Assembly (NCBI GenBank): GCA_025201805.1 | Contig: MU619275.1 | Span: 1 to 33,574, forward strand | Origin: Parasitella parasitica NRRL 2501 | Taxonomy: Eukaryota; Fungi; Mucoromycota | Direction: 5' to 3' | Length of the DNA stretch: 33,574 bases | In this document: one piece after another, positions 1-13,882 of the stretch | How the letters are laid out: the number at the start of each line of letters is the position of its first letter | Position numbering within the stretch: position 1 is the first letter of the stretch | The notes under the pieces: generated by a model | Seen by the model: the letters and a program-made list of their open reading frames with translations, nothing else | What the model was told of the DNA's origin: nothing | The model's database searches: none | Program-made: the position numbers and the translations under genes

Positions 1-884
1 GAGATCTTTACCTGATTAATTCACAACCGTTTTATTTGAATAATTTCTCATTCTGATAAATCAAACACGGCAGATTCTCGATGGGCTACTGTCGCTGCCT
101 CCTCTCAACCACCTCGGTCGCCCAAGCAATCTCAACCTCCGGCCGCAAATACGGTCTCTGTCGGTTTTCGCCTATTAATTGAAGGTTGAATCTCATCTCA
201 ATTCCAATATTGACACTGACATTCAAATGGAATTGTATAAAGACTTTTAGAAACCAGGACCAGAGCAATCCTGGCTTCCTTTTCAATCTTTAATAAAGAC
301 CCTACGTTCTCCGTGATATAATCGCTTGTAGTCTCTTTATTTAATTGTCTTTGGAAATAATCGTTATTCGTATAACTCTCAGTCTCGACCACTAAAAAGA
401 CTGATCGCAAGCCTAAAGCTAAGCGCAATCTCACTTTGGATCACCTTGCTCGCTTTTACTCGACGCCATCTGCCACTCATGGTTACAGATTTCTCTATTT
501 CACCTCGCGTGGAAGAGAGTGCATCTCTGAAATTCGTGCAGGATTTCACCTCTTAGGATTATAACAAAACCGAATTCTGGATATTTGATGTATACGCACT
601 GCTACATCTGCACTATATCAATTCTTACAAGTATTACGCTTGCTGATTTACTGCAAATATATTATATGATTGTATCAGATACGAATCAGTATAATATCTC
701 AACGGTCACTGGATATCGCAATGTCTCGGCTGCCATGACATCAACAAGATATGCGGACTTGCTCTCAAATTTCAAGATGCGAACAAACTATTTGATATGT
801 TACATCAGCTCATATTCTTGGATCAATCTTAACAATGAAACATATCAAACCAATTGACAATGATAACACGGTGTATTTTCTATT

Positions 885-992
885 CGTTAGAACCCTAGTG
901 TAATGAATGTGTATATAATACATCGAGAGATGTATTATGAATAAAGGTGTAATTCTTTGGCAGATTTATTTTATGAGACTTTTGACATAACA
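885..992. repeat. Second dispersed repeat family (LTR-end-like), copy 1, nested in the element above
   Basis: The 19-mer tgtaattctttggcagatt is exact at 948-966 and 2169-2187, and both copies continue to tttgacataa. Copy 1 ends in ...ataaca (TGTTAT on minus, LTR-like). Confidence 0.55.
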
Positions 993-1346
993 CAAAGTAT
1001 TCCTAATCACCTCCGCTCTGCTAATGCTATCTCCTGCCGTAGTAATCATCTCTTGCCGATTCACAGCGACATATATTTACCATAGCCTCATATTGCTCTT
1101 TACACAAGGCCCAATTACCTTGTAGATTTCTCCGTCCCAGCGGGTTCCATCATCCTCTCTCGTACCTCTTACCTCCAAGGAATCCATCAAAGAGACTCGG
1201 CTCTCTCCCCTTCTGGCATCTACCGAAGCAACATTGGCCTGGCTAAACGCTGTAGCGGGATAAGAGGAGGGAATTGCGTAGGGTCAACTGTAGCTCCAGC
1301 AGGGGCGGCTTGATTAAGAGAATCAGTCATATTTGAAATCTCAGCT

Positions 1347-1355
1347 TCTCCACCA
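1347..1355 (-). promoter_or_regulatory. Putative primer-binding site (TGGTGGAGA, complementary to a tRNA-Ala-like 3' end)
   Basis: Starts with TGG, lies next to the inferred LTR end and just upstream of the gag-like ATG. The tRNA-Ala assignment is recalled knowledge of tRNA-Ala 3' ends (...UCUCCACCA). Confidence 0.5.
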
Positions 1356-2101
1356 ATCTAATATTTGAAGGTTAATATTTGAAGGCTAAGGTTTGAAGGC
1401 TTTATGAAATGAATAATTAGTTAGATAAGATAATCGTTTATTGATAAAATATGACGGAGTATTCATACTAATTGATTCTCCTAAATATAATGTACAGACA
1501 TGGTGATAAACATGGATTCAGGCATTGACATATATCGAGTAACGGGTTTGTAATATGCTTGGTAATATACTTGGTAATATGCAGTGATAATACGCAGTGA
1601 TATACGACAATAACATATGACATATATCACAATACCCACAATAGATCATGTTCCCTATTTATTCTCAAAATCACACCATGCCTCAAACTTACACATTATG
1701 CCCCTTTCATTCCATTTAAATTTACTAGTATATTAACCATCATATTTTCCATGTAATATAAACGAGATCTTTACCTTATCAATTCACAACTGTTTTATTT
1801 GAATAATTTCTCATTCTGATAAATCAATGAGATGTGCTTGGCTTAAGGCCGACATCTCGAAAACCAACAAACTGGAATAGAATTGAAAAAACCAACTAAA
1901 GCACTTGTTGACTTCATTTTTTCTTGTTTAAGAATATAAATTTTCGAAAGTCGCTTTTAAGTTATAAGGTTATCTCAAGGTCTCTTATACAAAGTCTCAC
2001 TGTTAGTATTGATATCTGAGGTAAATCATGGGTAATCATGATTTGCACTCCACAGATTCTAGATAGTAAAATCGTTTGTTGTAACCCTTTGCTATAGCTC
2101 A

Positions 2102-2212
2102 CATTATGCTAATCCTAGCATAATGACATTACGCATAAATACATCTATAGGATGTATCCGTAATGAAATGTAATTCTTTGGCAGATTCAATTATATTTGA
2201 TTTTTGACATAA
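2102..2212. repeat. Second dispersed repeat family, diverged copy 2
   Basis: Shares the 19-mer, the tttgacataa motif and an atacatc..gatgtat hairpin with 885-992. Confidence 0.5.
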
Positions 2213-2993
2213 AAGGTGGCATAATTGTTAGGAGTAAACTGATTGATGTGATCTAGAGCATTATTTTTATTTGATATATGAACTCGGCAACTTCCAAATC
2301 CAAACTGTCAAACCTTTATTTCAATATATACAGTGAAGACATAATACATATAATTTTATTTCGAATAACCAATATTGGGATTTTCATTTACACAGTTTAT
2401 TTACTACTATTGTTAATTTTTTTTTAGATAACACCAACTTCCCTGGAGAACACAATTTCATTTTTACGATATATGATTGCAAATAGCTCTTACAGACTCA
2501 TTACTTTTCAAATAATTATATCATAGTAATTGACTTTGCTATTGTTCCCTGTTAATATGAAGGTAATCATTAAAGAGAACTTGATTGACATTTATCCTTT
2601 TAATAGTTAGTATCAGATAAGGCTGATGTACCAAAATAACATACTTCTTGCTTTGTGCTTCATTAACACTATTGTATAGTAGAATTCTCAATTATACCGA
2701 CTCCAGTGGCAACATCATTAGTATTAACCTCACCTTAGTAAAAATTAGTTCTAATTTCATTCAAGAATTATACAAGTGATTATATATTGGAGTTCTTAAA
2801 TGCATATCTTTACCAAAAAAAAACCTACGGTATTAGCCAGATCATATCAACAACGATAGTACAAATAGTCTGTACAACTAGCATGCTAGGATGGATTGTG
2901 ACTTTAATAATGAAACTGATTTTTTTTTCTCTTTCAATTTGGACATTTTGTTTTAAAAACGCGTTTCCTCATAGCATCTGAATTATTTACACC

Positions 2994-5900
2994 ATGAGTT
3001 ACGAAAACAGGGGCGACAACAGAGGCGACAACAGAGGCTACAGATCCCGCCATGAAGGTGAATTATAGGAATCGTTTAAATACCTCGATTGAGAAACTAA
3101 CATGATGCTTTCACAGGTGGCGGAAATCGTTATAAAGGCGGTAGTGGTGGTGGTAGTGGTGGTGGTGGACCCAACCGCTATAGAGGTATTATATAGATGT
3201 TCCAATTAACAGACCTGATATTAATGGACTGAATTTTATTGTAGATAATAGAAGGAACAATTACAATAGTAACAATCACAATAGTTATCAACGTCGTCCT
3301 TACGATCGTCCTCCTCCTTCCGAAAGCAAAGATGACGAGATGGAGGATATTGAGATTCGTTTGAAAGGATTGATTATCAAAATTGGTGACAAGGTGACTA
3401 CACGGCACTTAAACGTCAGGTCAATTCACTAAAATGAGAGAAATTCTCATTTATAGATCACACCTGATTTGCAAGTAAATTTGACAAAGATGAAGAATAT
3501 TTTGGATAATGATTATTCCAAGTATCCCACCACAGTTCAAGACACATTAAAAGCATGGTAAGATATACTTCAGGATTTGGTTGCGGCGTACTTAACTTGA
3601 ATAATAGCGTTACCGAACTGCCAGCCAAAGCACCCGTTTATGGTGCATTGATTGGCCTATTAAATGTGTCCAACTATGAAATTGTCGGCAAATTGATGAC
3701 AGAATTCAACAAAAGTTTGGAGGAAGCTGTTGCCGAGACAAATTGGTTTAAAATGAAGCAGTTCCTCAGATTTTACGCCGAGCTCGTCAATGCCAATGTT
3801 ATTTTACCCACCGTGTACTGCAACTTGTTGAACGATTTGTTGGCTGTGATGGATCAGCCTAACCAGCTTCGCCAGCGTTTGGATTGTGTTGTTTACATCG
3901 TTCTATCAACTATCCCTTGGTGTGGCAAAGAATTAAGCGACCGTTGTCCAGCCGATCTGAATCAGATTTTCAAAAAGATTGAAATTTATATGCAACGTAG
4001 AGGTGATGTGCCTGTTCTTCATATTTTAAAGCAATATAACGGTGTCCAGTATGATTTTGGAAAGGAAGATGTAAGTTTTTTTTTTTTGCTGCGAAGGGAT
4101 AATGATACTCATGCAATTCATTTGCGATATAGCTTTTAGCACACATCTGGTCTCTTATTCAAGAACTTCAAGGTAGATCTTGGGATGTAAGTTAACGATT
4201 GTATTTATACGATAGTAGTAGTTGATTTATTCTTTTGTTTGTTTGTGTAGTTGCCTTTCTTTCCCAAGCCATATAGATGGTTTGATAAAGAATTCGCTGC
4301 AGCACTTCAACATGATGTTCCTCGAGTTACAATTCCAAATCACACACCTAGCATGACATATATTGGCCCCGTATCAACAATGAAGCTTTTGGTCGACGAC
4401 CAAGGCCATTCTTTACCCAACATCCCCAATCACCAAGGCATCGAATATTTCCTTTTACACGAAATCATTTCAGACACGATGAATTTGTTTGAGGTCAATC
4501 GCAAAGACTGTGCTCGTTATCTTCTAAGTATTTCGACTAGTTTTGATCCTAACTTTTTCAAATCTTCGCCACCTGTACCTGCCGACTCTTCGGATGATTC
4601 TGTTAAAGTAGAGCCCATGGATGAAGATGCTGATTCTGGAAAGTGGAACTTGTCAGACATATTGGTCGAGGTAACGGGACAAAATTACCGTATAGTTCAG
4701 ACGTATACTAACATATAATGTCGTAGGCTATTTTCTCGCAAATGCTTCGTCTTCCCCTTCCTCCAGTACGCCAAGTCTTTTACTCATGTGTATTTATTGA
4801 GCTTTGTAGAGCTGAAGTCGGTGCTTTCCCTATGGCTTTGGGTAGAGGCATCAAAACTTTGTTTGACCGCTTAGCATTTATGGACGTTGAATGTATTGCT
4901 CGTCTTTGGAGCTGGTTCTCTCACCATTTGAGTAACTTTGGCTTCCAGTGGGATTGGAACTCTTGGTCTTCTGTCCTGACTTTAGATCCGTACCATCCAC
5001 AAACTTGCTTCATTCGCGAGACGTTAGAAAAAGAGATCCGCCTTAGTTACTATGAACGCATCAAGTCTATCCTTCCTGAAGAATTCCATGTTCTGGTGCC
5101 ATCGGCTGCCCCTGCACCCAATTTTGCGTATAAAGACATCAAGGACCCTTTACATGCTCAAGCTAAAGTCATCATTGAGAGCTTGCGTACCAAGAAAACT
5201 GTAGATGAAGTCAGAGCAATTTTGGACAAATTCAAGGAAGAAATTAGAGCAGCAGGAGCTGATGAACACAATCAGAACCAACGTGTGCGTGAAATGTTTG
5301 TTCAATGCTTGCTGTTGGTAGGTTCCAAGAGTTTCTCACATATTCTCAATGTCGTGGAGAGATATTTAGATGTCTTGAGATTTGTAAATTCTACACCTGA
5401 AGGTCGTCTTCATACAGTTCAAATTGTTGCCTCGTTCTGGGAACATAACACACAATTCTTGGGTATTTTGCTGGATAAACTATTAAATTATCGTGTGATT
5501 GACCCTGCGTCTGTCATCAGCTGGATATTCGAGACAAACCAGCTGCAATTTGTTGGAAGGTACGCAGTGATTTGCATTGGATTCGTAGCAGGCGGAAAGC
5601 TAATTAATACTACTACTATTTAGAGCCTTTTTCTGGGAAATCTTAAAGAACACTCTGAGTAAAGTCAACTCGCGTGTCTTACAAGTTAAGGCAAAGCTCG
5701 ATAATTTCCAGAGTCTCCATGCTGCCAACAAACTTAAACGTGCTGAATCAGGGCATAATGAGCGTAAGTTTGCAAAAATTTGGTGAAATTTTTTACATAG
5801 GCTAAATAGGGCTCATTTAGTGGCAGAGGCCGAAGAACAACAAGAGCTTGATACTCTGCGTATTGTAGAAAACTCGCTTTCCTCTGTGTCAAGAGAGCAG

Positions 5901-6222
5901 AAGGAGGTTTTCATAGTAGTCTTTCAGAAATTCACTCAGGTCCTTCAAGAGCTCATTAAATCAACTGCCGAACCAGAATCAAATTGGACATATCGATGGG
6001 TATTTGGGTGGTTTAGAGAAATGCTTCGCGTGGTAATATACATGGATCAACTGATTAAAATTGTTGACTAACTTAACATATATATTATAGAATAACAAAG
6101 AGTGTAGCGGGTTTATGACCACACTAGAAACACTAGTATTCACGTCTGAATTAGATCAACGTGTTAGCGATGTCTTTATTCAGGCCAAAGCTCTCAAAGA
6201 AGAATTTGAAGTGTTGGTTTAG
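2994..6222 (+). CDS. NCBP1: Nuclear cap-binding protein subunit 1 (CBP80), 11 exons
   Basis: RG/N-rich N-terminus followed by MIF4G-type segments with CBP80 hallmarks: LKGLIIKIGDK, CVTELPAKAPVYGALIGLLN, WFSHHLSNFGFQWDW, IRLSYYERI, LLVGSKSFSH. Ten GT-AG introns keep the frame (e.g. 3058-3116, 4071-4132, 4671-4726, 5764-5820, 6033-6090). Stop TAG at 6220-6222. Confidence 0.95.
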
Positions 6223-6496
6223 TTCGTATAATTGAAGTGAATAAAAAACACATTAAATGCCGCACATTTATCTGGCTAGTGCTGAAATGTCTCGCATCAT
6301 TCGACATTTGTCATAGACTCAAATGAATTAACATTAAATCGAAGCATCTTTGCTGCGTTCATTTACACAGTGTTGCCTCACAATCAGCGTAACGTTTTCA
6401 AGCATGACGTGTTTTTGCAGTTTGCATTTGCAAAAAAGGAGAATATCATGTTCTCTCCGGACTTTTCTCTTGCTCTGTTGATAACCAAACAACAAA

Positions 6497-8436
6497 ATGG
6501 CTATCCACATACTTCTCCACAATCTAAAATTACTCGGCTTTGATGAATCCAAACATATGAGAAGAGCTGTTGAGCTGAATGAACTGCTTTTCACTCGTGA
6601 TGCAGTGAATAATGACAAGGCGTTTGAATACATTTGTTTGTTCTTGTTTCAGCGAATCGACAGAAATCGTGTAAAGAGGGATTTGATGCCAAACTTAACC
6701 ATTCGCACATATGGCAGCAAACAAAACTTCATCACCAAAGTACACCAGTGGCTAATTGAGCTTCGTCGTAAATGTCCTCTTTTTAATAGAATTCCTCTTC
6801 GCAAAAGCGAGTTGCTAGCTTATCATGGCGATAATCTAATCAAGATTATGGTCGCTTTCTCTACGTTCGTAATAAATTTTACTTTGGAGCAGGGAAATTA
6901 CAATAGCAAGTATTCAATTTGATCCCTGCAGTGCTAATATTGACAAATTAAATTATTATACGTACAGATCTGCTGGCATTTGCCAAATCATCACCAACTG
7001 AAATTCAAGAACACATCAAACAAATTCATCAATCTTTCAAACTGAATGAGGAGAGTAACAATACTTTTATTGACAAAGCATCTGAAGCAGCTAATGATCT
7101 TAATGCTGAACTGGCATCACCATCAGCGCCATCGCCACCCCAAGCTCCAGCCCCATTGGTTACAACCCAAGAAACCCGTCAATTGAATCAAGACCTGGGC
7201 TCTATTAAACTTCAACTCGAATCCATGTTGAATGCTGACACTGACAACATGTCTACCGGTGCTCGCTTGTCACTTGCTAATCAAGAAGGCAACAGAGAGG
7301 ACAAAGAAAAAAACTCGACATCAACAATCGAAGAAGAAACCGCACCATCTTCTTTCCTTAGGTCCAGAATTTCCAGCTTCAATTCAGCTGACGATGCAAA
7401 TTCAAAAAACTTGGACCCGTTGAAGACCACAGTTAAAAGCACAGCGAACCCAGTCAAACTAACAACTCGAGATATTGCGACTAATTCAGCACCCAAACAC
7501 ACCTCCATTCCCAACATAATTACATTAACTAACTCAATCCCAGATACTAGCTATAAAGCTAAAGAAATTCAACATATATCGCCCTCAAGATCGCTCACTG
7601 AGAATACATTACCATCTTTTAGCAGTCTGGAAACATCCTTTGAAAAAATTCCCAATATCTCTGGCATCACAGACGCAGTTCCTCACAGCTCTGTGCCTAA
7701 TTCAAGCCGCAAACTGACGTTTGGTGTACCTAATTCTCCATTGAAGCCAGTAGAGATCAACACATCACCATCACTGAATACCACGTACAAATCACACAAA
7801 CTAGATGTCAAAGATTTTACCGTCGCATCATCACCCGTTCATTCCAGAAATGTTAGCAATTCAGTTCAAAGCACTTTGTCTAACAGCCGCAGCTTCAAAA
7901 CAACTCGTGCTGAATTACCAGTGGCCGATGTTACAACACTTGCGCCCATTCAGTTCTCGTACGCCAAAGAAGCATGCCGTCTACCTTCATTCCGCAATTG
8001 CTTTTTAGCCAACTCCATGAAACCTGTAGTCGAATCTCCATACTGGTTTCTTCCCCCTATCTATGATTTCACGACTGAAATTGATACTAGCTCAATGCTA
8101 CTCACGCAGCATTTCAGTCCTGCAGCCGTCAAAACCGGTACCCCATCTGCTGCATCAACACCTTGCAAACGCAAGATCAGTACATTTGAAGAGTCAGAAG
8201 ACGAGCAACAGCTAATCATAGCCCCTTCCCCAACCAAAAGCAAGATTGCTCCTGAAGAAATGAAAACACCTCCTCGCCAAATCGTCAATCTGGAATGGGA
8301 AGATCAGCACGAAGCAAGCCCTCATAGCCTAGAAAACTTGGAAATGGTGCCTCCACTCATGGAAGAATCAGCTCCATTTAAAAGAATTTACCAAACAGAA
8401 TTCTTTGACATTGATTTCCTAACTCCAAGGCGGTAA
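6497..8436 (+). CDS. HAUS6: HAUS augmin-like complex subunit 6 (HAUS6 N-terminal domain plus long Ser/Thr/Pro-rich tail)
   Basis: The N-terminus LHNLKLLGF...KAFEYICLFLFQRID...WLIEL...LRKSELLAYHG..LIKIMVAFSTFV matches the HAUS6_N pattern. It joins the 7156-8436 ORF through a GC-AG intron at 6906-6967. A possible extra terminal intron from 8433 could extend the C-terminus slightly. Confidence 0.8.
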
Positions 8437-8612
8437 TCATACCTAATGCAATGTAAATATAAATTATGATAATAGCCCTTTTTTTCTTTTTCTTTTAGCA
8501 TAAACGCTTTGTACATGAACAATTGTGATCGCTCGAGTTTTTTCTTTTAAAATTATATATTCGAGGGATGATAGTGGTATGATTACGATAAAAGCGAAAT
8601 AGTGAGCATTTC

Positions 8613-10812
8613 TTACACTTGAGTTAGTGATTGTGTCTGAGCTCTCTTGAGTGTATGGAGCTTCTTTGCTGGTTCCATAAAATCACTAGGATGGAGAAAC
8701 ATACAGCGATCTCTATAAAAACATTGTTCGCCCATTCTATAAGCAAGCAAAATAATGAATACCACTTCATAAATAGCCTCTGAATCGTCTGCTTACCTGC
8801 ACTCTTTGATAGGATGTGAATATTTACAATGATTATTGGTACAGTAAGGCCAATGAACACAGCGAGACTTCCAGGTTGGGAAATGTGTCTGGGATTGTCT
8901 TTCAATGCGCTCAGCTTTTGTCCATGGCTTTTTAGACACGGCATCTATCGTAGAGGCACGTTTTGGCTTGGGACTACGACAAAAGACGTCAATATTCTCT
9001 ACAGAAACTTCATTCTCTACACATGACTAACTTGTTATCATTGCCAGGATGCACAAATTTGCATTTCTTGTTGGTGCAATTGGGGTAATATAAGCACTCT
9101 ACAGTTGAGATAAAGGGTACAGCTGTTTTCGGTGATTCATCCACAATTGGCTTTTTGCTGTTGTTACTGGCATACATTTGATCCCAAGACACATCGAACT
9201 GTGATTTAGAAGTGTTGGTTGGAAGGAATTTGTCATTGTCTCGACTTCCGGATGCTCCAGTTTCAGATGATGCTGTGCTGGAAACAGAAGAAAAAGCAGA
9301 AGGAGAGGAGAGTACATTATCCTTAATCTCTACCTCAACATCTGAGTAGTATTCTACATGATCGTGGTACTGCTGTTTCTGTTGTTCTAGCAAATGATAT
9401 GCTGTTGTTGCCTCTAAAGAAGCCAAGTTGGTAGTGATAGCAGGAAGTGCCGCCTCTTTTTTTTTTAATTTTTGAGGTATGCAAGTGGAAGACTTTAATC
9501 CATCTAAACACTCTCCATATGATGTCAAATCACTGGCACAAGTACCAGGAGCTGAGGTAGTAGACGGGGTAGCGGTTTCATGTGGTGTAAAGCTATCGCA
9601 AAACGGTGAATTGCCGAGTATTAAAGATTTTTTCTCTAATGTTTTCTCAATTGCTTGGGGGCAATCAATGCTTTGCTTTCCCTGGTACGCCTCAAGTGAT
9701 GTTATATAATCGTGAGAGGAAACCAAAGAAGCGACATTTCTTTGAGCAGCCTCAGCACAATGAGCAGTAGTAGCCTCATAATCAGCAAGAATATGGATGT
9801 TTTCAGCTACTTTTACTTCCATATTTCCGAGTGATTCATTCATTGCTTGGTTGTATGCCTGTGCTGAAACAATATCCTTGATAATTTGAGATGCTTCAAA
9901 TTGAGTAGATGCGGTTGTGGCTTCATAGGTGGCTAAGAAAGGCTTGGAGGTCATAGGTCTAGCATCAGGGCATGGTTCAGAAGCCTTAGGCAAGGCAGCA
10001 ATATACTTCCTGGCAACAAACAATGTAGAGGCGATAGTAGCATCAAACACTGCAAGGAAAGGCTTTGGTGCTATTGGCACAGCATCAGTGATAGTTTGGG
10101 TCTTCAAAGTAGTGGCAGCTGTAGTAGCGTCAAAAGAACAAAGAACTGGCTCGGGCGCCTTAGGCTCTGTATCAGGTTCCATAGAAGCAGTACCTGCGAC
10201 TACAGCCACGGTCTTGGCATCCATCTCGACATGTCTGGCTGTGATTTCTCTCTTTTTGACATTATCAAGATATGTAGATCTATAATTTGCAGCATCTCTC
10301 AATACCATGGCGTTAGTTGCTTCGTATTGAGCAAGGAATGGCACCGGCTGCAATGCACAAGTGGCTGAATCAGTTATGGCTTTGTGACAACGTCATTCCT
10401 CTCCCCTTCCTTACCTTTATTGCATACCCCACGGAAGCTTCCGAATGCTTGTCAACCTTAACTGTTTCCATTGAAGCCTTTTTAGACTCAGTATGCACCT
10501 CATCGTTGGTTATAGCCTTGTCTTGCTTATTAAGAACATCTACAGACAAAACCTGTTCAGTAATGGTGTGTGCAATCGCTTGGGAATTGTGGCCTAAAAT
10601 CTTTTATTTTACCTTGTTTGATTTTTCTGGATGTGTTAATTTCAGGAACCAAAACTTTTTTCTGCTTTCCTGTAGAGTTTCAAGATAAATTAGTTTCTAA
10701 TGTTCTCAAATGTGTCAAATCCTGTTTTTTTTATACCGAATAAAACGTAGTATAGAAATATTGCTCCTAAAACACCACAAACAGTTGTAACAGTTGCCGC
10801 GCTTTTGGACAT
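8613..10812 (-). CDS. Uncharacterised protein: N-terminal TM anchor, about six PFLAxYEATTA repeats, three C-terminal Nab2-type CCCH zinc fingers
   Basis: Exon 1 encodes MSKSAATVTTVCGVLGAIFLYYVLFG (alternative ATG at 10842). Introns at 10348-10414, 8974-9031 and 8737-8796, plus one ambiguous junction at 10594-10736. Fingers: CLYYPNCTNKKCKFVH, CVHWPYCTNNHCKYSH, CRMGEQCFYRDRCMFLH. Stop TAA at 8615-8613. Confidence 0.8.
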
Positions 10813-11456
10813 TAAAATGACCTTTTCAAGTAGCTTCGCCATGAGTAAAAAAAATTCAAGAACAAAAAAGAAGAGGTGAAGCAGAGCTTTTGCATCTACA
10901 AAAAGCAAAATTTTTTTCTTAGCGACTTCAACATCCGAATCCAGTTTTTTCCAGCAAACAAACTCGTCAAGCTTGTGATACAGTATTCTTCCAGCAGAGT
11001 TTCTGGTTCTAGTCTAAATCTTGATTTATACCATTTAGAAATTAATATCGTTTTGTTTGGGGTAATAATTTAGAGCAGGAAAAGAGGACATTGGGAGCTT
11101 AATGTGCCTTTTTGAACAGAACACATTAGGGAAAAAAGGCTATACTTAACTTTTTATGTGCCCAGGACGCATGCAAGTCGAATAATATCATTGATGATGC
11201 AAAGCTAGCATTTTCTTCATTAGATTAAATAGAAGTCTTCTTTTTTTCAATTGCATTGATCTTCTCTGTTTATCTCAAGATATGCATCTCGATGTAATAA
11301 ACTGTCGTTCCAACAAAGCACAACATGTCTGTGACAGTGCTCATCTCGCACTTCTGAGGTTCAATAGTCGCACAGTAGTAGAATGATATTTAAATCGTGC
11401 AAAAGTATACGAATCGTACCTTTCTTTCTTCTTTATTTTTAATTTGCAAATTCAAA

Positions 11457-12454
<998 letters not shown>

Positions 12455-13882
12455 AAGCTCTTAATATTTATCCAAATCTATTATAATATCTTTATTTACA
12501 TTTCTACTATTTTCTTGGGAGATTTAATAATTCTATAACGACACAATCATACCCAAAATAAACACATCAATCATCGTTTCAAGGTATCATGTTGCACCGA
12601 GTATTCAAGTCATCAGCCCTCATGATTTGTTTCTTTGAAAAGTTTATTGTCACTACAACATCGGTTGTGTATATGCCTAATATTTCATTGTTGAAATACT
12701 AATATTCTCGCTTATTTGTAAGAAACGATACTTTTAGCATAATATAGCAGCTCGATTGAGATTTTCCAAGGCTCGGACAAAGCCAAACTCATTTCTCGTA
12801 CTCCAAAGTAATGTCGTAATGGATTTTTTTTTGTGAACTGATGCTGAAAACTTTGCAATCGAAGAGGCCAAATCGCTCCAAATCACTCTTTGCGTGTTTT
12901 AGCTTCAACAGTGCAAAATTCGACAGCGTTTTTCCATGCTTCCTTGTCGCACTTCGTACAATACGAAAAGTGAATTTTTGGTTAAAACAATCAATAATTA
13001 ATTACACTGTCAGATGTACTAGTCTTTATTCACCAAATAACATGGATACCTGTTACAAAAAACGAAATGGATTCATAGCTATCATTTTCTATTCGACATG
13101 TATGCAGATGTAGATATTAGTCAAAATAGCACATTAACTGCCTTAGACTTCCCGAAGGCACGGAGAAGTGCTGCACCAGAACAACAATAAATATCAACGC
13201 ACCAGAAAAGCAAGTGAACTCAAGACTTTACAGCAACATAATCATGAAAGCAGTGTTTTAATTAATATGCGTAGTAACTACATATGAAAAATCTGGAACT
13301 TTACGTCTGCTATGTTTATCCCTCCCAGCATACAATAATAATGTCTTCAATACAGATGTTCTCCATTAATAGAAATTGTATGTTGTTGCATTATTCCTCG
13401 TCATTTCTCCTTTAAAAACAAATCGCTTATTAAAGAAACCTGCTACCAATTACGCACTCGAGTTGCAGCAAATTAGGAAAATGCTATATCTTTTGTTATT
13501 TTTCATAAATATTACCGTTCAAATCGGCGTATGTCACACCCATGATTAGATCAAGTTTCTTCATTACATACACATATACATCTTTATCAACATACACAAC
13601 AACTCATCACCTCTCTAGTGGAAGGTTGCAGATATTTATGTCTAAATATGGTAGAATATTTAACGAAGAAAAGAGAGTGAGTCGGCACATTACCCCGTAT
13701 TGTAAGCTGTGAATCAGGTGCACTTAAACTAATCAAATTTGTGATTCTTCTCCGCTGCCCCAACTGCTCATCTTCATCTAGTATATAATCTACCCCTTCC
13801 CCTTTTTCTTTAGCAAGCTTTTCTTGTTCTTCTCTCTTTTAACATTGGTAAAGAAAAAGAAAAAGAAAGATACGAATGATAA

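Larger units (their letters stand above)
1..1826 (-). mobile_element. Degenerate or non-autonomous LTR retroelement (5' LTR ~1357-1826, 3' LTR cut off by the window edge at 1-63)
   Basis: Bases 1-64 and 1764-1827 form a direct repeat (61/64 identical) whose minus-strand start is TG(ATTTATCAG). Just inside the putative 5' LTR is a PBS-like TGGTGGAGA (1355-1347, minus), then an ATG at 1330 whose frame (MTDSLNQAAPAGATVDPTQFPP...) is soon broken by stops. No intact gag/pol. The canonical CA end of the 5' LTR and a clean PPT are not evident. Confidence 0.6.

Noticed and set aside
2994-6222. U12-type intron in CBP80
   Set aside because: All ten inferred donors are ordinary U2-type; there is no RTATCCTT donor.
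12500-13800. Small ORF 12841-13113 and a possible hidden gene in the Rab11-peroxin interval
   Set aside because: No recognisable motif or coherent exon chain.
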